DNA of 32,000 nt, from contig NZ_CP011304.1 in NCBI RefSeq assembly GCF_000981785.2, positions 2,460,001 through 2,492,000 of the forward strand, given 5' to 3'. Source of the stretch: Microcystis aeruginosa NIES-2549. Its GTDB lineage: Bacteria > Cyanobacteriota > Cyanobacteriia > Cyanobacteriales > Microcystaceae. Within the stretch, counting starts at the first letter, position 1; each line of letters starts with the position of its first letter. Below the pieces are notes generated by a model. It did no database searches. It was not told the origin of the DNA and saw only the letters and a list, made by a program, of their open reading frames with translations. Below, in pieces: positions 25,880 to 32,000 of this stretch. The translations under genes were made by a program, and so were the position numbers.

Positions 25880-26150
25880 TTTCATCAGAATGAGGCATGG
25901 GCAAGGGGCTTAAACCCTTTGTTGGCAAAACTTGTCGATACGTCAGTAACGTGAAAAGCGCTATATAAGTGGCTTGCACATCGATTAGATTTTGCCATGC
26001 TGCTTTACTAGCGACTCTATAGTTACTAATTCTGTACGCAAATATTGCATCTAGAATTAGCTTTGTACGCTTTGACCCGTACTGGGTTAACTACGAACCT
26101 CTCTATCGGATTCCCGCTAAAGGCGGCCTCTCCGACTACCTTTCTTCCAA
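25880..26150 (-). ncRNA. Predicted TnpB guide RNA scaffold (omega RNA / reRNA) spanning the tnpB 3' end and downstream flank
   Basis: This is a positional expectation from characterised TnpB systems. On the minus strand there are nested stems, GGCAAAA...TTTTGCC (26005-25999 with 25929-25923) and TCGAT...ATCGA (25985-25981 with 25940-25936), plus a further hairpin around 25893-25922. The exact ends are unknown. Confidence 0.3.
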
Positions 26151-27276
26151 TATTTAAGGAACCATTAATATCTGCTCCATAGAAATAACCCGACGAGCTT
26201 CTGAATAGTCCTCTTTTAATTCTCTTGCCTAAATAGCTTTTTTGCTTTTGAATAGACTCTAAGTCCAAGAAACTACATTTAGAGGTATAGCTTTCATTAG
26301 TTGTTTTGACCTCTATTCCTACTAAATTTGCTTTATAGGTAAGTTGTTCGATCAACCTTGAATGAGGAATATTTACGAATGACTGGTTATTTCTATCTCC
26401 AATATTAATGTTTTGTTTCCAGCCTTGATTATGACCAATAACTAAAAGGTTAAGTTGATGAGCTAGTAATTTATCAATAATATATTTACTAGCGGTGTGG
26501 AGGTAATAATCCACCTGGCAATTACGCTTTAAAGTTAAACCTTGTATTCTTTTACTGGTCTTCTGTAGACTGGGTAATTCCGATTTGAGTTTAGCTAGTG
26601 TCTTGTTGTACTTTTGATTGCAGGATTTTAAGGCTTTTCCACATACTAAAGTTGGCTGAAATTCGGGAATATTAGAGGTAACAGCAGCTAGGTTATTTAA
26701 GCCTAAATCGATAAAAGCATATCTTTCTCCCTCTTGACTTGATGAGGATGGTTGTTCATAGACAATCTCTAAACAATAAGCACCCAATTTAGGAATAATC
26801 CTGACCTCTAAGACTTCCTTTAAATTAGTTTTAAATTCTAAATTAGTCCCTGATAGCTTGATTAAACCTTGCTTCAACGCTTTTTTAGAAATGGCTTGAT
26901 AGTTATAAGTTAAAACGTTTCTACCTTTTTCCTTGTCTTTGTATCTTGGCAACTTAGGCTCTCCTGTAAATTTATCTGGCGATTTTTTGTATTGTTCTTT
27001 CGCTTTTTGGTAGGATTTAAAGGTTTTTTCTACTTGCTTTAATACTAACTGACTTACTTTGGCGGGTAAGGCTTGATAATCTGGACTCATTTTTAAGGCA
27101 TGATGTAACTCAGTCATTGTTAAAAATGGTTGATGTGAAAAGAAAACTTGACGGTTTAAATAAACAGCACAATTATACAGATTCTTCGATAAAAATCCTA
27201 ATTTATCAATTACTGAATAATTTTTGTGATTAAATTTAATTAGATGTTTTTGAACTAATTTCATCATTCTCCTCAA
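26026..27276 (-). CDS. tnpB: TnpB-family RNA-guided endonuclease (IS607-associated OrfB)
   Basis: 416 aa. The RuvC triad is recognisable: D190 (AFIDLGLNNLAAV), E328 (TTNESYTSKC) and D369 (YGADINGSLNIG). The N-terminal block KLVQKHLIKFNH...SKNLYNCAVYLNRQ is typical of this TnpB clade. Confidence 0.88.
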   Translation of the reverse strand: MRRMMKLVQKHLIKFNHKNYSVIDKLGFLSKNLYNCAVYLNRQVFFSHQPFLTMTELHHALKMSPDYQALPAKVSQLVLKQVEKTFKSYQKAKEQYKKSPDKFTGEPKLPRYKDKEKGRNVLTYNYQAISKKALKQGLIKLSGTNLEFKTNLKEVLEVRIIPKLGAYCLEIVYEQPSSSSQEGERYAFIDLGLNNLAAVTSNIPEFQPTLVCGKALKSCNQKYNKTLAKLKSELPSLQKTSKRIQGLTLKRNCQVDYYLHTASKYIIDKLLAHQLNLLVIGHNQGWKQNINIGDRNNQSFVNIPHSRLIEQLTYKANLVGIEVKTTNESYTSKCSFLDLESIQKQKSYLGKRIKRGLFRSSSGYFYGADINGSLNIGRKVVGEAAFSGNPIERFVVNPVRVKAYKANSRCNICVQN

Positions 27277-27772
27277 GGCATTTAATTAAACATTCTGTCT
27301 TTCTATTTCGTTGTCTTAATGAGTATAATCGAGCGCAAAATGAGGTAATTATGCTCACGAAGTCTTGCCTTAAATCGTCTTTTCTTTCTTCTGCTAGATT
27401 CACGACCTCTATATCTCTATTTGTTTGAGTTAAAAGAACTTTCAGATAATTAAACCCTACTCTGCTTAAACGATCTTTATGTTCTACGACAATCAAATTA
27501 TAATCAGTTTGTTCTAGAAGTTTTAATAATAGCTTTCGATGATCATTGACTCCACTTCCTACTTCTTTAACTACTCGAACAATTTGATAGCCTTTCGCAA
27601 TACAATAAGCTTCCAATCTTTTTGCCTGAGTCTCTAAGTTAGATTTATTTTCTGAACTAGAAACTCGCGCATAAATAGCTACTTTATTTTCACCGCAAGA
27701 ACGGTCATCTTCAAAAATAATAATTGTTCCTGTAGGAAGACGTTCTCCTTGTAACTGCCCTCGATTCCACAT
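27236..27772 (-). CDS. tnpA: IS607-family serine recombinase TnpA, catalytic-domain ORF only (the HTH-coding 5' segment is out of frame upstream)
   Basis: VAIYARVSSSENKSNLETQAKRLEAYCIAKGYQIV...LIVVEHKDRLSRVGFNYL is a resolvase-type catalytic domain with the nucleophile Ser in ARVSS. The ORF overlaps tnpB by 41 nt. See the finding on the frameshift at 27797-27807. Confidence 0.8.
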   Translation of the reverse strand: MWNRGQLQGERLPTGTIIIFEDDRSCGENKVAIYARVSSSENKSNLETQAKRLEAYCIAKGYQIVRVVKEVGSGVNDHRKLLLKLLEQTDYNLIVVEHKDRLSRVGFNYLKVLLTQTNRDIEVVNLAEERKDDLRQDFVSIITSFCARLYSLRQRNRKTECLIKCLEENDEISSKTSN

Positions 27773-28235
27773 TCTCCAAGCAGTGTCATAACTGATCCCT
27801 TTTTCTTAGCATAATCTGATAGTTTTATATGAACTGCAACGTAAACTTGTACTAACCATATTAGCAGTTGTTTGCAGTCATTTGCATATATTTTTTACAA
27901 AACTTTACAATACCAATCATAGAGAGACTCGCAGGAATTAGCGTTGGTCATACAGAAATCGCGAAGTATTCGACGGCTAATTACCCGCATAATACAAACA
28001 TACCTCTGGCAGTTTCTGTCAATAGCAATTATATCTCAATATCTAGGCTAACTCAAGCCGGCGGGCTGATTTGCTCACACTTTACATCGCGTAAAATGGT
28101 AGCACTTCCCACCAATGGTGACGTTTTCCCGCTTACCAATTCAGATAGGCTAAATTGAGAATATCAGGGGCATTTATGCCTAAAGGGAGAGAAAATGTAT
28201 TAGGCTAAAAGCTGAAATATTTTGGCAAGATTTCT

Positions 28236-29006
28236 TTGAAGACCTCCTCAGCCTACTTATTGGTTTTCCACGGTAGTCGCGATCCGCGTCCAGCCATGGC
28301 GGTGACACAATTAGCAGCCTTAGTTCAAGAAAAAATTAGTCAACCCGCCGAAAGATTGGCGAGTAAATCGGAGTTTAGCCCATCTATAGCGGTTCTAGAA
28401 GCAGATAATCGGGTATTAGTAGGGACTGCCGCCCTAGAATTAGCGATAACACCTCTCAATCAACAAATAGAAGCTTTTGCCCAACAAGCACAAAGCCAAG
28501 GATGTAACCGGTTGCAGATTATCCCCCTGTTTCTCCTGTCGGGGGTTCACGTTAAAGAAGATATTCCCGCGGCCGTGGACAAAGTGCGATCGCCAATTAA
28601 GCTAGAGTTAAAGCCCCATTTAGGCAGTTATCAGGGCATAAAATCGCTGTTATCCCGACAATTTGCCGATTTAAGCCACCAAGACCGCATTTTACTGTCC
28701 CACGGTAGTCGTCGCCCCGGGGGTAATCGGGAAGTGGAAAATCTAGCGGCGTTTTCTGGGGCAATTACAGCTTATTGGTCGATAGAACCGAGTTTATCCC
28801 AACAAATCGAGATTTTAATCGCTCAAGGTAGCCAAAAAATCGCTATACTGCCCTATTTCCTCTTTGCCGGGGGAATTACGGATGCGATCGAAGCCCAAGT
28901 TTTTGACATATCACAAAAGCATCCAAATGTCAATATATTTTTAGGTAAATCTTTGGGAGCGACGGGGGAATTAGCCGAGATTATTGTTGAGGAAGGATGT
29001 AGATGA
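28236..29006 (+). CDS. cbiX: Sirohydrochlorin chelatase, CbiX family (two-domain long form)
   Basis: 256 aa. Duplicated CbiX modules have catalytic His motifs LVFHGSRDP and LLSHGSRRPG, and LFLLSGVHV / YFLFAGG segments. The start is TTG. Confidence 0.85.
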   Translation: MKTSSAYLLVFHGSRDPRPAMAVTQLAALVQEKISQPAERLASKSEFSPSIAVLEADNRVLVGTAALELAITPLNQQIEAFAQQAQSQGCNRLQIIPLFLLSGVHVKEDIPAAVDKVRSPIKLELKPHLGSYQGIKSLLSRQFADLSHQDRILLSHGSRRPGGNREVENLAAFSGAITAYWSIEPSLSQQIEILIAQGSQKIAILPYFLFAGGITDAIEAQVFDISQKHPNVNIFLGKSLGATGELAEIIVEEGCR

Positions 29007-29467
29007 AGCGGGCAGCGATCGCTCTGGGCAGTAATTTAGGGGATTCAGCGACAATTTTAGGGCAAGCTTTAGGGGAATTAGAGCGAGTCAAAGGAATTAA
29101 ACTAGAAGCTCATTCCCAATGGCATCAAACCGCGGCCGTCGGGCCGCCTCAGCCCGATTATCTCAACGGTTGCGCCATTGTGCAAGTGGATTTATCTCCC
29201 TTAGATTTACTGCATAAATTATTAGAAATCGAGCAGTTATTCGGCAGAGTCCGACGGGAAAGATGGGGACCGCGTACCCTCGATTTAGACTTAATATTTT
29301 ATGATGACCTGATCTTAGAAACGCCCGAATTACAGATACCCCATCCCCGCTGCCGAGAACGGGCCTTTGTGCTGCTTCCCCTGGCAGAAATTGCCCCCGA
29401 TTGGCCAGATCCCGTAACTGGAAAAACTATCCTTCAGCTATTGGGGCAATTGGGATTGGCGGAGTAG
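29003..29467 (+). CDS. folK: 2-amino-4-hydroxy-6-hydroxymethyldihydropteridine diphosphokinase (HPPK)
   Basis: 154 aa. Motifs are AIALGSNLGD, RWGPRTLDLDLI and IPHPRCRERAFVLLPLAEI. The start overlaps the cbiX stop (ATGA). Confidence 0.9.
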   Translation: MKRAAIALGSNLGDSATILGQALGELERVKGIKLEAHSQWHQTAAVGPPQPDYLNGCAIVQVDLSPLDLLHKLLEIEQLFGRVRRERWGPRTLDLDLIFYDDLILETPELQIPHPRCRERAFVLLPLAEIAPDWPDPVTGKTILQLLGQLGLAE

Positions 29468-29624
29468 GATATTAGGTGTTAGGGTTTTAGTGGAAAACTT
29501 CCCTAGTTTCTTTTCATTGATTCCTGAAAAGTCTTCCCCTAACCCCAGATAACCTCATCTCAGTTACCGCCCCGAAACTCTACAATAAAGGCAGCAGCAT
29601 CAATAAACAGTAAAAAAATCAACC

Positions 29625-30989
29625 GTGACCAAGACCCCATCGATCGAGGAAACTCATTACAATCAGGCTAAGGCTAGTTTACAACAGGCCTTAACTTGGT
29701 ATGCCAGTTTTCGCCGCCATTGGAATTATCCCCCCGATCCCCAACTTCAGGCCGCCGTTAAACAAGATTTGCAGTCCTTAAAATCGGCCTTGGATAAACT
29801 GGATGAAACGGTGATTCGGGTGGCGGCCTTCGGGTTAGTCAGTCGCGGTAAATCCTCGGTGGTAAACGCTTTAGTCGGTCAAAAAGTCCTGACAACTGGC
29901 CCCCTGCACGGGGTGACACGCTGGCCGCGATCGGTGCGTTGGATCCCCGCCACGGGTAAAATTCAGATAGAATTAATCGATACTCCCGGATTGGATGAGA
30001 TTGAAGGGGAAGCGCGGGCGAATATGGCCAGAGAAGTCGCTAAAAGTGCCGATTTGATTTTATTTATCGTTGCGGGGGATATTACCCGCACTGAATACGA
30101 GGCCTTAGGAGAATTGCGCCAGGCGAAAAAACCGATCATTTTGGTGTTTAATAAGATTGACCTCTATCCGGAGGCTGATCGCCGCCAGATTTTTCAGCAG
30201 TTACAGAGATTAGGAACCAATCGGAACGAAAAAACGTTAGAAGATTTGTTAACTAGCGATGAGATAGTTATGGTAGCCGCCGAACCGCAACCGATTCCCG
30301 TCCGGGTGGAATACCCCGATGGGCGCGTGGTGACTGAGTGGGAAACCCCTCCCCCCCAAATTGAGGAGCTGCAAGATAAACTCTTAACGATTTTAAATCG
30401 GGAAGGGCGATCACTGCTGGCCCTCAATGCTTTAGTGCAAGGGCAAGAAGCGGAGGAAAATATCGCTAGAAAAACCCTAGAACTGCGGGACAGTCAAGCG
30501 GAGGAAATTATCTGGCAATACGCGAAATATAAGGCTTTAGCGATTGCGGCTAATCCGATCGCTATTTTAGACCTCCTAGGGGCTTCAATCGTCGATTTGA
30601 CTCTAGTTCGGGCTTTGGCTCGTTTGTACGGCTTGCCGATTACCAGTCACCAAGCTGGTCAACTCTGGCGGACTCTACTTTTGAGTAGTGCGGGGTTGCT
30701 GGTGGGGGAAATCCTCGGCACTGTGATTATCGGTTTGGGCAAAACGGCAGCGGCAGCGACGAGTATTTTTGAAAATCCCACCTCTTTAACCCTCTACGGT
30801 AGCACCGCTCTCCTACAGGGAGCAATTGCCGCTTATGGAACTTATATCATCGGGAAAGCCGCCAAAATCTATCTAGAACGCGGTTGTAGTTGGGGGGCAT
30901 CCGGACCGAGTACGGTGATTAATCAAATTCTTGCTCAAGTTCATCCGCAAACTATTTTATCTCGTTTACGTCTAGAACTAGAACAGTGA
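29625..30989 (+). CDS. GTP-binding protein with a C-terminal DUF697-like membrane-associated domain
   Basis: G1 is GLVSRGKSSVVNAL, G3 is DTPGLDE and G4 is NKID. The C-terminal hydrophobic region resembles YcjF/DUF697. The start is GTG. Confidence 0.8.
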   Translation: MTKTPSIEETHYNQAKASLQQALTWYASFRRHWNYPPDPQLQAAVKQDLQSLKSALDKLDETVIRVAAFGLVSRGKSSVVNALVGQKVLTTGPLHGVTRWPRSVRWIPATGKIQIELIDTPGLDEIEGEARANMAREVAKSADLILFIVAGDITRTEYEALGELRQAKKPIILVFNKIDLYPEADRRQIFQQLQRLGTNRNEKTLEDLLTSDEIVMVAAEPQPIPVRVEYPDGRVVTEWETPPPQIEELQDKLLTILNREGRSLLALNALVQGQEAEENIARKTLELRDSQAEEIIWQYAKYKALAIAANPIAILDLLGASIVDLTLVRALARLYGLPITSHQAGQLWRTLLLSSAGLLVGEILGTVIIGLGKTAAAATSIFENPTSLTLYGSTALLQGAIAAYGTYIIGKAAKIYLERGCSWGASGPSTVINQILAQVHPQTILSRLRLELEQ

Positions 30990-31123
30990 TTTTAAAGGAA
31001 AAAGGAAAAAAGGGAACAGTTATCAATTAAATATTTACTCCATTTACTCCTGATGACCGACTCCTGATTTTAGAAACTTAATTTTTGACAACGACAACTA
31101 GCTAGAAATATTGAGAGAAAATC

Positions 31124-31681
31124 ATGTCTGCTGCCCATAAGTCCTATATTCCCGTTCCCGTTCCTCGCCAAAAAAGCCACCCGAGTCAACACCGTCCCCA
31201 GTCGCGGGTAACTTCCCCCAACCCCACTACTAAACCAGTTGCTCAATACTCCCCGACTCCCACCGTCAAACCAGCGACTAAATCGGTGGCGAGAGTTCCC
31301 GTTGCCCCGACACAAAAACAATTAGCCTCGCGTCAATTACGTTCTCTTTGCCTCCTAGAAAGAATAGTGGCCGTGATTACTTTTTGTCTGTTGGGTTCGA
31401 CTCTGGGAATATATGCTTGGACGGTATATATTCCCAAGGTTTGGGACAAAGAATTTGGTAAACTGGAAACGCTGCAACGTCACGAGCGCCATCTTTTGGC
31501 CACCAATGAAACCCTTAAACATCAACTAGCTCAACAAGCAGAAAAACCCGAAACCGGATTGACTCATCCCCAACCCTTCCAAACTATCTTTTTACAGCGT
31601 AAATCTGCCCCGAACCTGAAACCTTCCCCCGCTTCTCCACCCCAATCTACCGTCAATTCTCGACCCAGAAGTGCCTATTAA
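31124..31681 (+). CDS. Hypothetical bitopic membrane protein, FtsL/DivIC-like architecture
   Basis: 185 aa with a Pro-rich basic N-terminus, one TM helix (VAVITFCLLGSTLGIYAWTVYI) and then a short coiled coil (KLETLQRHERHLLATNETLKHQLAQQ). The functional label is inferred from architecture only. Confidence 0.6.
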   Translation: MSAAHKSYIPVPVPRQKSHPSQHRPQSRVTSPNPTTKPVAQYSPTPTVKPATKSVARVPVAPTQKQLASRQLRSLCLLERIVAVITFCLLGSTLGIYAWTVYIPKVWDKEFGKLETLQRHERHLLATNETLKHQLAQQAEKPETGLTHPQPFQTIFLQRKSAPNLKPSPASPPQSTVNSRPRSAY

Positions 31682-31870
31682 CAGTTAACAGTTATCAGTT
31701 ATCAGTTATCAGTGGGTAAGTTAACAGTTATCAGATGTGAGTTTTTAAGTGTGCAGTATTAAATAGAAGTTTCCTGCTGTCTTTTTACTGATTACTGTTT
31801 ACTGGTTACTGGTTACTGTTTACTGGTTACTGTTCACTGGTTACTGTTCACTGGTTACTGATTACTGATA
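31682..31870. repeat. Composite heptamer-repeat element: (CAGTTAT/CAGTTAA)n, CAGATGTGAGTTTTTA core, spacer, then (TTACTGR)n
   Basis: It starts directly after the stop at 31679-31681. The right block (31785-31870) has about 12 units of TTACTGA/TTACTGG/TCACTGG. The core CAGATGTGAGTTTTTA is shared with the element at 8178-8312. Confidence 0.9.
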
Positions 31871-31887
31871 AATGAAAGATACTGCTC

Positions 31888-32000
31888 ATGACTGACACCA
31901 AAAGACCCGGATTTAGAGGTAAAAAAACTCGATCGCCCTCGGGCAGGATTCGGGACAGAAAGTCTTATTTAAACGACAAAAAACAGCAAAAACAGTTAAA
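31888..32000 (+). CDS. 5' end of an ORF running off the window (basic N-terminus MTDTKRPGFRGKKTRSPSGRIRDRK...)
   Basis: The ATG at 31888 opens a frame that stays open to the window end. Its position after an FtsL-like gene would fit a division transpeptidase (ftsI-type) gene, but 37 codons cannot show this. Confidence 0.35.
   Translation, partial: MTDTKRPGFRGKKTRSPSGRIRDRKSYLNDKKQQKQL

Larger units (their letters stand above)
25870..27930 (-). mobile_element. IS607-type (IS200/IS605-superfamily-related) element: serine-recombinase tnpA plus tnpB
   Basis: tnpA and tnpB overlap in the arrangement typical of IS607. The element sits between mscS and cbiX. Both ends are estimated only: no terminal repeats are expected for this family and I could not find any. 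Confidence 0.6.

Noticed and set aside
28021-28140. Cobalamin-riboswitch-like fragments on the minus strand (GCGGGAAAACGUCACCAUUGGUGGGAAGUG, then ...CAGCCCGCCGGC), next to the cobalt/siroheme chelatase gene cbiX
   Set aside because: The conserved GGUGAAAAUCC / CCCGCAACUGU core and a proper B12 box (AGYCMGGAGACCKGCC) are missing. The orientation is opposite to cbiX and points into the IS. The GGGAAGTG match is more simply another copy of the CACTTCC repeat motif seen at 1686-1725 and 17125-17142.
27868-28158. 96-aa plus-strand ORF from the track
   Set aside because: It has a TTG start, no RBS and non-protein-like composition with no recognisable motif. It lies in the IS607 flank and cbiX leader.
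29003-29006. The cbiX-folK ATGA start/stop overlap as evidence of a functional tetrapyrrole-folate link
   Set aside because: Four-nt overlaps are common translational coupling in compact operons and do not by themselves imply pathway coupling.
31385-31410. tRNA-like TPsiC-arm string GGTTCGACTC
   Set aside because: It lies inside the 31124-31681 CDS with no acceptor or anticodon stems around it. I found no other tRNA-like cloverleaf in the window.

Overview
This looks like chromosomal cyanobacterial DNA, probably from a Microcystis-like organism. That assignment is an inference from three things. HIP1 octamers (GCGATCGC) occur at 1322-1329, 3102-3109, 18347-18354, 28586-28593 and 29015-29022. 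Several genes are cyanobacteria-typical: cupB/chpX, a GUN4-domain protein, a CpcD-like linker domain and pentapeptide-repeat proteins. CAGTTAT/TTACTGA heptamer arrays fill several intergenic regions. I can support about 30 CDS, mostly housekeeping: trpA, 2-Cys peroxiredoxin, cupB, hslO, ppx, cbiX, folK, an MscS channel, a histidine kinase and a GTPase. Mobile DNA consists of three elements. A partial IS1-family element at the left edge has truncated a GT2 glycosyltransferase gene. An IS607-type element at about 25.9-27.9 kb carries an intact TnpB next to a TnpA whose HTH-coding 5' end is frameshifted. A 167-bp MITE has perfect 15-bp terminal inverted repeats and a 7-bp target duplication. I found no rRNA, tRNA or CRISPR array by eye, and I do not see a convincing multi-gene defence island. 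The observations most worth follow-up are: (1) a 756-aa GspE/PilB-family protein in which every ATP-hydrolysis motif is degenerate (Walker A Lys replaced by Cys) and which has a long C-terminal extension; (2) the IS607 element with decayed tnpA but catalytically intact tnpB and a structured 3' flank (candidate omega RNA); (3) a two-gene pseudopilin cassette whose first member has an unusual acidic, proline-rich body; (4) a membrane-anchored 651-aa protein built from about 10 Trp-containing helical repeats; (5) composite heptamer-repeat hairpin elements that fill three intergenic regions, two of them between convergent genes; (6) the MITE, which carries a near-consensus outward promoter in front of a 64-aa DnaJ-type zinc-finger mini-protein. 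All family assignments come from motif recognition by eye, with no database search.
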